64,000 bases of DNA from Candidatus Marinacidobacterium sp. (GCA_965250045.1 CBDFNG010000001.1:6164-70163); one strand, 5' to 3'; counted from the stretch's first letter, positions 8,886 to 19,183 are shown. Translations and numbers: made by a program. Notes: generated from the letters alone by a model not told the origin.

Positions 8886-9826
8886 CGACGGCGCTGGTGT
8901 TCCCGGGGCAGGGTACCCAGTCCGCAGGGATGGGGCGCGGGCTGATGGATCTGCCCGCGGTGGCGGCGACGGTCGAGCAGTGTTCCGCGCAAACCGGCCT
9001 CCCGATCCTGGAGTACGTGCTGAATACCCCGGATACGGCGCTGCGCGAGACGGAGCGGGCGCAACCGGCAATCTTCGCCCTGTCGGTCGGGCTCGCCCGC
9101 GCCCTGCTGGACGAGGGGGTCCGGCCGGCTCTGCTCGCCGGCCACAGCATCGGTCACTTCACGGCCCTGACGGTGTCCGGGGCCTTGCAGCCGGGCGACG
9201 CGGTGCGCCTGATTGCGCAGCGCGGCCGGCTCATGGCCGCCGGCGGCCGGCGTCGACCCGGCGGCATGGCAGTCGTGCACGGCCTGGACAGCCGGACGGT
9301 CACGGAAGTGATCGAAGAATCCGGCCTTGCGGTGTGGCCCGCCGTCGTCAATCTCCCACGGCAGATCACGGTGTCCGGCGACCGGGACGCGCTCGAGGAG
9401 GCGCGGCGCCTGTTCACCGGACTCGGCGGCCGGTGGCGCAAGCTCAACGTGTCGGGCGCATTCCACTCGCCGCTGCTCGACGAGGAGGCCGCGGACTTCG
9501 CCGCCCTGGTGGATACGCTCGAAATCGCCCAGCCGTCGGCTCCGATCCTGCGTAACAGCGACGGTGCGGCACTCACCCGGCCCGAATGCATTCGCGAGGA
9601 TCTGAAACGACATATGACCGGGCCCGTACGCTGGGTCGCGGTCATGGAGGCCCTGCTCGATGCCGGAGCAGAGCTCGTCATCGAGGCCGGGCCGGGCAAG
9701 GTCCTGACCGGCCTCACCAAGCGCTACGCCCGTGATCTGCCGGTCATGAGCACGGATACCCCTTGCGCACTGCACCGTGCCGTACAGGCGGCCACGGCGG
9801 ATCAATACAAGGAGGACTGCCGATGA
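8879..9826 (+). CDS. Malonyl-CoA:ACP transacylase (FabD family)
   Basis: FPGQGTQ N-terminus, GHSIGH active-site Ser, VSGAFHSPLL His motif. 7-nt overlap with the upstream gene. Confidence 0.9.
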   Translation: MVTTALVFPGQGTQSAGMGRGLMDLPAVAATVEQCSAQTGLPILEYVLNTPDTALRETERAQPAIFALSVGLARALLDEGVRPALLAGHSIGHFTALTVSGALQPGDAVRLIAQRGRLMAAGGRRRPGGMAVVHGLDSRTVTEVIEESGLAVWPAVVNLPRQITVSGDRDALEEARRLFTGLGGRWRKLNVSGAFHSPLLDEEAADFAALVDTLEIAQPSAPILRNSDGAALTRPECIREDLKRHMTGPVRWVAVMEALLDAGAELVIEAGPGKVLTGLTKRYARDLPVMSTDTPCALHRAVQAATADQYKEDCR

Positions 9827-11082
9827 TTCCCCGGATGAAATCGCGTGACGCACTGGTGACCGGTGTAGGACTGGTCAACGCGATAGCGAGCGATTTCGAG
9901 TCGTTCATCGAGGCCATGCGCACGGGCCGATGCGGGCAACGACCGATTACCAGCTTCGACGCCAGCGGGTTGCGCAACCCGCGAGCCTGCGAGGCGGTGG
10001 AATTCGACCCGCGTCCGGTCTACGAACGGCGGGACAAGAGAAAGATGGATCGCAGCTCCGAGCTCGTCCTCGCCGCCTTCGACCAGGCCGTCGCCATGGC
10101 GAAGATCGATCTCCACAGCGTGGAGCCGATGCGGGGCGCAGTGGTCATGGGATCCACCCTGGGCGGATCGGTGACCGGATTCCGGTACTACCGCGCCGCC
10201 CGGGAAGGCCGCCGCCGACCTTCTCAGTTGCGGGATCACTCGATGCATGCGCCGGGCTATCGCCTGTGCATCGAATCCGGCTTTCTCGGACCCAATCTGG
10301 TGCTCTCGACCGCATGCACTTCATCCAACCTCGCGCTGGCGGTCGCACACGACCTGGTGCGCACGGACAAGGCGGACGTCGTCATTACCGGGGGTTTCGA
10401 CACCATGTCCCAGGTCTCCTGCTCCGGCTTCAGCGTGATGCGCAACGTCACCCCCGGCATCTGCCGCCCGTTCGATCGCAATCGCGACGGCCTCGTCCTC
10501 GGCGAAGGCAGCGCGGTGCTGATCGTGGAGGCCGATGATTTCGCGGCCCGGCGCGGCGCACGGGCTCTGGCCGCGATCCGCGGCTACGGAATCGTCTCGG
10601 ACGCCCGCAGCATGACCGCACCGGACCCCACCGCGGCCGGGCCCGCCGCCTGCATGCGGCAGGCGATCGACATGGCCGGTCTGACCCCGGCCGGCGTGGA
10701 TCTGATCTGCGCCCACGGGACAGGCACGCTGCTCAACGATCAGACCGAGGCAAAGGCATTGTGCGACGTATTCGGTCCGCGCGGCGGAGAGATCCCCTGT
10801 GCATCGATCAAGTCGATGCTCGGCCATACCCTCGGCGCCGCGGGAGCAATGAACGTGGCCGCGGCGGTTGCCGCCCGGCGAGGCGGCTACATTCCGCCGA
10901 CCATCCACTTCGAGGAGCCGGACCCACGCGATCCGGTGTCCTGTTCCGCCGAGGCGCGTCCCGGGACACCGCGGCACGTTCTGTCGAATACGCTCGGATT
11001 CGGCGGTGCGAATTGCAGCGTCGTGATGGAGCTGGCCGACGATTCCGGGGTGCGCGAACGAATCCGCCCCACTCTTGTGTGA
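9823..11082 (+). CDS. Beta-ketoacyl-ACP synthase (FabF/FabB-like) with an atypical triad
   Basis: STACTSS (Cys), CAHGTGT (second His), SIKSMLGHTLGAAG. The first His position reads SDARSMTAP (Ser instead of His). ATGA overlap. Confidence 0.85.
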   Translation: MIPRMKSRDALVTGVGLVNAIASDFESFIEAMRTGRCGQRPITSFDASGLRNPRACEAVEFDPRPVYERRDKRKMDRSSELVLAAFDQAVAMAKIDLHSVEPMRGAVVMGSTLGGSVTGFRYYRAAREGRRRPSQLRDHSMHAPGYRLCIESGFLGPNLVLSTACTSSNLALAVAHDLVRTDKADVVITGGFDTMSQVSCSGFSVMRNVTPGICRPFDRNRDGLVLGEGSAVLIVEADDFAARRGARALAAIRGYGIVSDARSMTAPDPTAAGPAACMRQAIDMAGLTPAGVDLICAHGTGTLLNDQTEAKALCDVFGPRGGEIPCASIKSMLGHTLGAAGAMNVAAAVAARRGGYIPPTIHFEEPDPRDPVSCSAEARPGTPRHVLSNTLGFGGANCSVVMELADDSGVRERIRPTLV

Positions 11083-11091
11083 GAGCAAATC

Positions 11092-11607
11092 TTGAAAAGG
11101 AGAAACTACGTGACTGCATCCAACGCAGGACAGTACGACATCGAGGCCATCAAGCGGCGCCTGCCGCATCGCTATCCCTTCCTGATGGTGGATCGCATCG
11201 AGGAGAGCGGGCCGGGATATGCGATCGGGGTCAAGAACGTCACCGCTAATGAGCCCTGTTTCCAGGGGCATTTCCCGGGGCGCGCGGTCATGCCCGGGAC
11301 GCTGATCGCCGAAGCCTTGATGCAGACCTCGGCGTTCGTGGGCCGGTCTGCAGAGCCGGACGGCGGACGCGGTGCCATAGCGGACGTCAACGGGAGCAGG
11401 ACCGACCAGCAGCTTTTCTGCATCGGCATGAATCTGAAGTTCCGCAAGCCAGTGGTGCCGGGCGATCGGCTGCGCATGGACGTTCGTTTCGTACGGATGC
11501 TGGGGGATATGGTGCGGATCAAGGCGACCGCGCAGACCGCGGCCGGGGTCGTGGCGTCCGGAGACCTGAACCTTGCCGTCGTTACAGCCGAGGAGGACGA
11601 GACATGA
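11092..11607 (+). CDS. 3-hydroxyacyl-ACP dehydratase (FabZ family) with an internal insertion
   Basis: LPHRYPFLMVDRI and FQGHFPGRAVMPG motifs. An insertion of about 25 aa (SAEPDGGRGAIADVNGSRTDQ) follows the central helix. TTG start at 11092, or GTG at 11110. Confidence 0.85.
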   Translation: MKRRNYVTASNAGQYDIEAIKRRLPHRYPFLMVDRIEESGPGYAIGVKNVTANEPCFQGHFPGRAVMPGTLIAEALMQTSAFVGRSAEPDGGRGAIADVNGSRTDQQLFCIGMNLKFRKPVVPGDRLRMDVRFVRMLGDMVRIKATAQTAAGVVASGDLNLAVVTAEEDET

Positions 11608-12224
11608 AATCCGCTACCAGCGCGTATGTATTCGCCGCCGCACTCTCGCTGGCCGGCGTCTCGGTCCCGGCCGCCGTGGTGCCGCCCGCGCACGCGGCCG
11701 AAGCCGGCTCGGCCGGGGAGCCGTCGCCGGAGCTCATGGCCCTGCGCAAGCAGGGGATCGCATTGCATGACGAGGCGCGCGAGGGCGACCAGGAGGCGGC
11801 CGAGCAGGCGGTCGAGCGGCTCGAACGTTACCTGAAACAATTCTCGAAAGACGGGGAGGCCTGGGCGTATCTCGGCAGCGCCTACGCGATGATGGGGCGC
11901 GACGCCTCCAGTGTCGTCAACAAGATGCGATACACCAACCGCGGCCTGCGCCATCTGGATCGCGCGCTGGACGCGGCGCCTCGGGATTTCACCGTGCGCC
12001 TGATTCGCGCCAAGGTGAATTCCAGCTTGCCGAAGATGTTCAGCCGCAGCGATGCAGCGCTCGAGGACATGCTGGCGCTCGACGAGATCTTCCACGAGGA
12101 GCCATTGCCGGGGCTCGCCCGCTGGATGGTCGAGATCTACGAAGAGCTGCAAAGCCGCGCCCCGGACGCCGGCCCGTGGGGCGAACGTCTCGATCAGGCC
12201 CGCGAGCTCTCCGGGGGGCAGTAA
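11604..12224 (+). CDS. Secreted helical-repeat protein (paralogue B of 6895-7734)
   Basis: N-terminal signal peptide (AAALSLAGVSVPAAVVPPAHA). Shares conserved blocks with ORF 6895-7734. ATGA overlap with fabZ-like. Confidence 0.55.
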   Translation: MKSATSAYVFAAALSLAGVSVPAAVVPPAHAAEAGSAGEPSPELMALRKQGIALHDEAREGDQEAAEQAVERLERYLKQFSKDGEAWAYLGSAYAMMGRDASSVVNKMRYTNRGLRHLDRALDAAPRDFTVRLIRAKVNSSLPKMFSRSDAALEDMLALDEIFHEEPLPGLARWMVEIYEELQSRAPDAGPWGERLDQARELSGGQ

Positions 12225-12229
12225 GGACG

Positions 12230-12935
<706 letters not shown>

Positions 12936-12943
<8 letters not shown>

Positions 12944-14159
12944 TCTCATCTCCCTGTCTGTGAGGAACATCTTTCGCAACGGGCGTCGGACCGCCATCAC
13001 GGTGTTTTCGATCGTCATCGGCTTCGCCGCCATGGCCTGTTTCGGAGGCTTCATCGAGTTCTCCTTCGAAGGATTGCGGGAGAACACCATTCGCACCCAG
13101 CTCGGTCATCTCCAGATCTATGCGCACGGGTACTGGAAGAAACGGGTCTCGGACCTGGAATCCGTCCTGATCGCCGACCCGGACGAGGTGATGGAGCGCA
13201 TCGCCGATCTGCCAGGCGTCGCCACCGTGACCCCGCGCCTGTCCTTCTCGGGGCTCGGCAGCACCGGCAATGCGACGGTGAACATGTCCGTCATCGGGGT
13301 GGACCCGGAAGGTGAGCAGGATTTCTCGGATTTCGAGATCCTGGTGGAGGGGCGCACGCTGGAGCCGGACGACCCCGAAGCCGGGCTGATCGGGGAGGAA
13401 TTGCGAAACGGTCTGGGGGCCGAGATCGGCGACTGGGTGACGGTGCTGACCAGCTCGTTCGACGGCGTCATCAACGCGGTCGACTTCAGGGTGGCCGGCG
13501 TCGTGCGAACGGGTTCCAAGGAGTATGACAGCGTGTTCGCCAAGGTTCCGATCGAGCTGGCGCAACGCGCGAGAGAGACCGAGGAGGTGGAGCGGATCGT
13601 CGTGCTGCTCGAGAACACCGAGGATCTGCAGGAGTTGCAACCCCGGATCGAGGAGATTCTCTCGAAGCTCGATCGAAAGTTCGAAATCCGCCGCTGGGAC
13701 GAGCTGGCCGGCTTCTACGACGCGGTGGTTGCGCTCTATACGGGGATCTTCACGGTATTCGCGGGCATCGTGGGGGTGGTGGTGATGTTCTCGGTCGCCA
13801 ACACCATGACGATGGCCGTATTCGAGCGCACCGGGGAGATCGGGGCCCTGCGGGCGATCGGTGCGCGCCGCTCCACCCTGGTTGCGATGTTCCTGACCGA
13901 GGGGGTCGGGGTCGGGCTGCTCGGCGCCGGCCTCGGCGTGGTGGCGTCGTGGCTGATCGCCGGTGCGGTGGAGATCGCGGGGGGCATCCCGATGCCGCCG
14001 CCTCCCGGCATGTCCCAGGGATTCCAGGCCTATTTCAACCTCACCGGCGGGGTGCTGCTCGATGCCTTCGCCGTCACCGTGGCGGCGACGCTTGTGTCCT
14101 CGGTTTACCCGGCTTTCGCGGCGTCACGGATTCGTATCGTGGAGGCTTTGCAGCAATGA
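12936..14159 (+). CDS. ABC transporter permease, FtsX/LolC/LolE-like
   Basis: 407 aa with N-terminal TM helix, large periplasmic loop and three C-terminal TM helices. Overlaps the ATPase gene by 8 nt. Confidence 0.85.
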
Positions 14160-14899
14160 TGACGAACTCGATTACCGGTCGTTGCCTTGGCGCTGCCGGT
14201 ATCAGTCTCTCTCTGATCGCCAGCTTGGCCTCGGCGCAGGAGATGACACTCCTGCAGCAGGTGGATGCGGTGCGTGCGCCGGGCGGCGCGTTCACCTTCA
14301 AGGTCGCGATTACCGCGCCGGACGGCGATGGACTGAAGCTGTCCGTACGCGTGGCCGATCAGGTCAAGAGCCTGGTCCGTTATCTCGAGCCGCCGCGCAG
14401 CGCCGGACGCTCGCTCCTGTTCATCGAGCGCAACATGTGGGTGTACATTCCCGGCACCCGTCAGGTCTTGAGGATCTCGCCGCAGCAGCGGGTGCTGGGC
14501 GGAGTGGCGAGCGCCGACATCGCTCGCATGGTCTACTCGCTCGACTATGCCCTCGACTCCGTCGAGGAGCTGCCCGAGGAGGGGGGAGAACGCCGTCGGC
14601 GCCTCACCCTCTCCCGCCGCTCGAAGGGCGCGGCCTATGCGCGGATCACCCTCGTCTCCGGCGGCGACGAGGTACGCCCGCTCCAGGCATCCTTCTTCGC
14701 TTCCTCCGGCCGCGGCCATCTCAAGACCGCGTATTTCGAAGGCTACCGCGAGGTGCTGGGGCGGCCGCGTCCGACCGTCCTGCGGGTGATCGACCATTTG
14801 AACGGCGACCAGGAGACCGTCCTCGAATACACCGACTTCGCGCTCGAAGACACGCCCGACACCTGGTTTCAACCGACCTATCTCAAACGCCTGAGATAA
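14156..14899 (+). CDS. LolA-like outer-membrane lipoprotein-sorting family protein
   Basis: Signal peptide, then SLLFIERNMWVYIPGTRQVLRISPQQRVLGG.ASADIARMVYSLDY, typical of the outer membrane lipoprotein-sorting protein family. ATGA overlap with the permease. Confidence 0.7.
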   Translation: MMTNSITGRCLGAAGISLSLIASLASAQEMTLLQQVDAVRAPGGAFTFKVAITAPDGDGLKLSVRVADQVKSLVRYLEPPRSAGRSLLFIERNMWVYIPGTRQVLRISPQQRVLGGVASADIARMVYSLDYALDSVEELPEEGGERRRRLTLSRRSKGAAYARITLVSGGDEVRPLQASFFASSGRGHLKTAYFEGYREVLGRPRPTVLRVIDHLNGDQETVLEYTDFALEDTPDTWFQPTYLKRLR

Positions 14900-14980
14900 T
14901 GCACCGGTTGCGCGCACCGCTGATCCGCCGGCGTTCTGCCGCGGCCCGGCCGTCATCTCGAGTGCCCGAGGTGACCTGAA

Positions 14981-16243
14981 ATGATGTTTCGCTTCCGCGC
15001 CCTGTCCGTTGCCACGGCGCTGGCCGCTGTCCCGGCAGCCGGGGCCGATGCCGGCCCGTGGGCCTGGTCACTGAACGGGCTGGTGGACGTCCGCGCGCAT
15101 CGCAGTGAGGACAACGCAACGCAGCTCGTGCCGGAGCCGGAGCGGATTGGACTCGATACCCATCTCCTCTCGGTCACCACCGTGGCCGGGCTGGAGGCAT
15201 GGAACGGCCCCGTGACGGTCGCCGGCGCCGGCCGGCTGTACGCCCGCACCGCGCCGGGCGAGGGAGAACGCGCGGTGCGGCTCCACGTGGACGAGCTCCA
15301 TGCGGAGTACGCCGTGACCCCGGAGCACTTCCTGTACGCCGGGCGGCGCCACATCGTCCACGGGCGGTCACTGGGGGTGAATCCTTTGGACGTGGCTCTC
15401 GATCCCCTCGATCTCGATCGGTCCAAGGACGCGAACCGGCGGCGCAGCGAGATCGAAGGGCAGGACATGCTCGGCTTCGAATCTCTGCTCAGTGACCAGT
15501 TCACGCTGGCCGGCTACTGGACACCGGGCGAGCGCGCCCTGCTGGGCGGCACGTTCACGCTGCCGGATTGGAAGTCCGATCTCACGGCCCTCGTGCTCGA
15601 CGATGAACGTCCCGGTGCGGGGCTGTCCTTCTCGAGGACGCTCGGCGATGCTTGGCTTTCCTATGCGGATGTCGCGGTCCGCGGGGGCCGGGACCGGATG
15701 GTCATCCGGGCCGACCGTGGATCGGATGCGGGTCCGGGCGCGTTCCTCGTCGAGGAGGGCGACGACTCCCGGCTCTTTGCGCAGTCGATTGTCGGAGCCG
15801 GCTACACGCTCGAATCCGGGGCTACCTTCAACCTCGAATACCATTTCGACGCCAACGGTTACTCCACCGGCGAATGGAACGAGATCACCGGCCTGATCGT
15901 AGAGGCCGACACGGCTCGTGAAGAAGGACGTTTCGGCGGACTTCCCACCGGCAATCTCCTCCGGCTCAGCGCACAGCTCAATCAGTTCACGCTGAGGCGG
16001 CACTACGGCTTCCTGAGAGCACAGCATCCCGGCCTGTTCGGCCACGATCTCGCGGCGGAGATGACCGTCTTTCACAATCTGGCGGATCACAGCGGGAGCA
16101 TGGGGCTGCGCCTGGAACGCGGGCTGGGCCCGAACCTGCTGCTTGGCGTCGAAGGGCGCTATCTGTACGGCGAGGGCCTGGACGAGTTCGCGCTGCGCAC
16201 CGCGAGGCTGTCCGGTTCCATCCACGTCACCATCCATTTCTGA
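14981..16243 (+). CDS. Predicted outer-membrane beta-barrel protein
   Basis: Signal peptide (ALAAVPAAGADA), alternating hydrophobic strands, and a terminal aromatic residue (...VTIHF) as in OMP C-terminal signatures. Confidence 0.55.
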   Translation: MMFRFRALSVATALAAVPAAGADAGPWAWSLNGLVDVRAHRSEDNATQLVPEPERIGLDTHLLSVTTVAGLEAWNGPVTVAGAGRLYARTAPGEGERAVRLHVDELHAEYAVTPEHFLYAGRRHIVHGRSLGVNPLDVALDPLDLDRSKDANRRRSEIEGQDMLGFESLLSDQFTLAGYWTPGERALLGGTFTLPDWKSDLTALVLDDERPGAGLSFSRTLGDAWLSYADVAVRGGRDRMVIRADRGSDAGPGAFLVEEGDDSRLFAQSIVGAGYTLESGATFNLEYHFDANGYSTGEWNEITGLIVEADTAREEGRFGGLPTGNLLRLSAQLNQFTLRRHYGFLRAQHPGLFGHDLAAEMTVFHNLADHSGSMGLRLERGLGPNLLLGVEGRYLYGEGLDEFALRTARLSGSIHVTIHF

Positions 16244-16262
16244 ACGGCACAGCAACGGGGCC

Positions 16263-16279
16263 GCGCCGCTTCCGGGCGC
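16263..16279. terminator. Weak GC hairpin between convergent OMP and smr genes
   Basis: gcgccg-cttc-cg(g)gcgc, a 6-bp stem with one bulge. No clear U-tract. Confidence 0.25.
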
Positions 16280-16354
16280 GAAGGCCGGAATTTCGATCGA
16301 AGTGGCAGGCCCGGAGCCGCGCCCATCAGATCACGGTCGAGAGGTTCGAGGTCG

Positions 16355-16891
16355 CTAGCGCCTGAGCAGCACGTAGAGCGCGCCGGTCCCTCCGTCCGGC
16401 GGCGTCGCGGAGCAGAACGCGAGCACCTCGGAGCGGGCGCGCAGCCATCGGTCGACATGCGCCTTCATGATCGGCCGGCCGCTTCGGGACCCGAATCCCT
16501 TGCCGTGGACGATGCGCACGCAGCGCCGCCCGCGGCGGCGGGAGTCCTCGAGAAAGCGGTCAAGGGCCACCACTGCGTCGGCTACGATCCGCCCGTGCAG
16601 ATCGAGATCCGCTTCGATCTCGAACCGGCCGCGCCGCAGTCGCTCGATCTCGCGCCGCCGGACGCCCCCGCGAGCGAAGCTCAATACGTCGCCCGGCCCG
16701 ACGTCCGAAGTCCACTCCGACTCGGCAAGCTCCCGGGAGTCAGGCGCCTCGCTCCGCGTCTGGTCCCGGGTCCGCGGCGGTCTCCTGATCCGCACCGGGG
16801 GAGCGCGGTCGTCCTCCATGGGCCGCACGTCGCCGGTGGCCCGGCGGAAGAGTTCCCGGTCCTCGTCGGTGATGTTGCCGCGCTTCGACAT
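16355..16891 (-). CDS. Smr-domain protein (SmrA/YdaL-like endonuclease)
   Basis: C-terminal Smr domain: LDLHG...IVHGKGFGS...MKAHVDRWL. Confidence 0.85.
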   Translation of the reverse strand: MSKRGNITDEDRELFRRATGDVRPMEDDRAPPVRIRRPPRTRDQTRSEAPDSRELAESEWTSDVGPGDVLSFARGGVRRREIERLRRGRFEIEADLDLHGRIVADAVVALDRFLEDSRRRGRRCVRIVHGKGFGSRSGRPIMKAHVDRWLRARSEVLAFCSATPPDGGTGALYVLLRR

Positions 16892-16926
16892 CGTTGCCTG
16901 GGTGGTGACCGATCGCCGGTATCGCC

Positions 16927-17194
16927 GTGTCGCTGTCCAACCGGGTTTTACAGAATCGAGCCGCCATTGTCAGTCATGCGCTGTCGCAGGTGTGGTACGA
17001 GGTCCAGCCCGGCCGGCGGATCAAAGTATTGGCGCAGCGGCTGCTTCGCGTGCATCCTCTGCGAGCCGCGGACAGCTTCCAGCTCGCGGCCGCGCTGGCC
17101 CGAGGAGGAGCCTTCGAGCATCGGCTTCGTCTGCTTTGACGTACGGCTGAATCAGGCGGCGTCACGCGAGGGACTTGCGATCCTCACGTTGTAG
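16927..17194 (+). pseudogene. Relic of a PIN-domain (VapC-like) toxin gene, C-terminal half only, frameshifted
   Basis: One frame gives LAQRLLRVHPLRAADSFQLAAALARGG; the next gives GFVCFDVRLNQAASREGLAILTL*. Together these match the usual PIN C-terminus (LRxxDAxxLAAA ... vtfDxrLxxAA..Gl.v). An in-frame stop lies at 16906 and no N-terminal half is present. Confidence 0.4.
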
Positions 17195-17818
17195 ACCCAT
17201 TCCATCGCCCTTCGATCGGCGCACCTGCAGCTTTTTCACGACGGTCGGGAGTCGTGCCGCCAGCAGGACGGCGAGGATGCCCGCGTAGACGAGCGGCTCG
17301 CGGATGTCGGCCTTCACGAGCCACAGGTAGTGCAGCACCCCGCAGATCCCGGCCGCGTAGACGAGGCGATGCAGCCTGCGCCACCGCAGCGGACCGAGTC
17401 GGCGCACCATCGCATTCGTCGACGTCGCGGCCAGCGGCACGAGCATCACGAAGGCCGTGAATCCCACGGTGATGTAGAGGCGATCCGCGACATCTTCGAC
17501 GACGTACGCGAGGTCGAGCGATGCGTCGAGCACCGCGTAGGTCGTGAAGTGGAGCATCAGGTAGAAGAAGGCGAACAGCCCGACCATCCTGCGCAGCCGG
17601 GTGAGCCACACCCAGCCGGTCAGATGGCGGAGCGGGGTGATCGCGAGCGTCGCGAGGAGCAGGCGCAAGGTCCAATCACCCGTGGTGTGGGTGATGGTCT
17701 CCACCGGGTTCGCGCCGAGCCCGTCCGTGAACCCGGCGAAGACGAGCGCCGTGAACGGGGCGAGAGCCGCGGCGAATACTCCGATCTTCAAGGTGGTGAT
17801 CCGCTTTTCCCGGTTCAT
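17162..17818 (-). CDS. msrQ: Protein-methionine-sulfoxide reductase heme-binding subunit MsrQ (YedZ)
   Basis: About 218 aa with 6 TM helices, ferric-reductase-like pattern with conserved His. Lies immediately downstream of msrP. Start chosen at MNREKRITTLK. Confidence 0.85.
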   Translation of the reverse strand: MNREKRITTLKIGVFAAALAPFTALVFAGFTDGLGANPVETITHTTGDWTLRLLLATLAITPLRHLTGWVWLTRLRRMVGLFAFFYLMLHFTTYAVLDASLDLAYVVEDVADRLYITVGFTAFVMLVPLAATSTNAMVRRLGPLRWRRLHRLVYAAGICGVLHYLWLVKADIREPLVYAGILAVLLAARLPTVVKKLQVRRSKGDGMGLQREDRKSLA

Positions 17819-17832
17819 CGCGCTTCCACTGC

Positions 17833-18813
17833 TCAGTAGTTCGCCCTGAGGTCCATACCCGTGTAGAGGCTCGCGATCTGGTCCGCGTAGCCGTTGAACA
17901 TCAGCGTCTCGCGCTTGAACAGATCGCCGATGCGCCGCTCGCGCTTTTGGCTCCACCGCGGGTGGGAGACGGTCGGGTTTACGTTCGAGTAGAACCCGTA
18001 CTCGTTCGGAGCGGCCCGGTTCCAACTCGTCGGCGGCTCCTGCTCGGTGAACTCAATCGACGCGATCGACTTTATGCTCTTGAAGCCGTACTTCCAAGGA
18101 AGGACGAGGCGAATCGGCGCGCCGTTCTGATTGGGCAGCACCTCGCCGTAGAGACCCACGGTGAGCAGGGTCAGCGGATGCATCGCCTCGTCGATCCGCA
18201 AGCCCTCGACGTACGGCCAGTCGAGAACGTGCCGGCGCTGGCCGCGCATCTCTTCAGGACGGAACACGGTCCGGAACGCAACGTACTTCGCCTTCGAGGT
18301 CGGGGCGAACCGGGGCAGTACGTCCGCCAAGGGGATCCCGACCCACGGGATCACCATCGACCACGCCTCGACGCAGCGCAAGCGATAGATGCGCTCCTCG
18401 AGCCGGTGGGGCTTCACGATGTCCTCATAGTCGTACTCGCCCGGCTTCTCGCACTCCCCGAGCACCTTGACCGTCCACGGGCGCGGCGTGAAGTCTCCCG
18501 CGTGGCGCGAGGGGTCGCGCTTGTCCGTCCCGAACTCGTAGAAGTTGTTGTAGCTCGTGATGTCGGAGTACGGGGTCAGCTCCTCATCGACCTGATACGC
18601 GCTCTCGACGACACCCTCGAGCTTCGGCCCCGTGGCGTTCTCGTCGGCCGCGAGCGCCCCGGCCGCGCGCGGCCCGAGCAGCGAGAGGCCGCCGCCGAGC
18701 ATCGCCGCGGTGGCGAGACCCGCGGAGTCGCGCATGAACCGCCGCCGATCACGGAAGATCGACCGTGGCGTGATTTCCGACGGCTGGATGTCGTTTGGAC
18801 GTTTGATCAGCAT
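17833..18813 (-). CDS. msrP: Protein-methionine-sulfoxide reductase catalytic subunit MsrP (YedY), molybdopterin enzyme
   Basis: Tat signal ([17 protein letters not shown]) and the [11 protein letters not shown] motif characteristic of YedY/MsrP. Confidence 0.9.
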   Translation of the reverse strand: MLIKRPNDIQPSEITPRSIFRDRRRFMRDSAGLATAAMLGGGLSLLGPRAAGALAADENATGPKLEGVVESAYQVDEELTPYSDITSYNNFYEFGTDKRDPSRHAGDFTPRPWTVKVLGECEKPGEYDYEDIVKPHRLEERIYRLRCVEAWSMVIPWVGIPLADVLPRFAPTSKAKYVAFRTVFRPEEMRGQRRHVLDWPYVEGLRIDEAMHPLTLLTVGLYGEVLPNQNGAPIRLVLPWKYGFKSIKSIASIEFTEQEPPTSWNRAAPNEYGFYSNVNPTVSHPRWSQKRERRIGDLFKRETLMFNGYADQIASLYTGMDLRANY

Positions 18814-18960
18814 GGCACACTCCGCGATTCGAAGATTGTTTCACCGGGAGACCGCCTCCCGGCGCCATCGGTCCCGCCGTTCGGCGCCACGATGGAAGGT
18901 ACAGTCTGGACGGTGGATTTCACGAAACGTTCACGCGCGGGTTGCAATTGAGGCATATCG

Positions 18961-19107
18961 ATGATCAATGGACTGAACATGTCCCTCCGGATCCGGCGCA
19001 CACCCTACACCGCCCGCGTCGAGGCCGCGGGCGTGCGCGGCTTTACCGTCGTGAATCACATGAGGCTGGGCGAGAATTTCGGCCACGGTGTGACGTGTGC
19101 GGCGTAA
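18961..19107 (+). pseudogene. 5' fragment of a GcvT/DmdA-type aminomethyltransferase-family gene (48 codons, then stop)
   Basis: MINGLNMSLRIRRTPYTARVEAAGVRGFTVVNHMRL... resembles the N-terminus of DmdA-like THF-dependent demethylases (sRRlRRTPF...aGVkgyTVyNHMlLP). It ends at TAA 19105-19107. Too short for the ORF track. Confidence 0.35.
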
Positions 19108-19183
19108 CCGGTGCGGCGTGACATGGACGATCAGCATGGCTCGGGGCCGAAGAGATTGCTGAAGACATACGGAGACACCACGG

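Noticed and set aside
16457-17194. 245-aa + strand ORF covering the smr region.
   Set aside because: It is antisense to a clear Smr-domain gene and has low-complexity composition. Only its last 25 codons or so (FVCFDVRLNQAASREGLAILTL) look meaningful; these are reported as part of the PIN relic.
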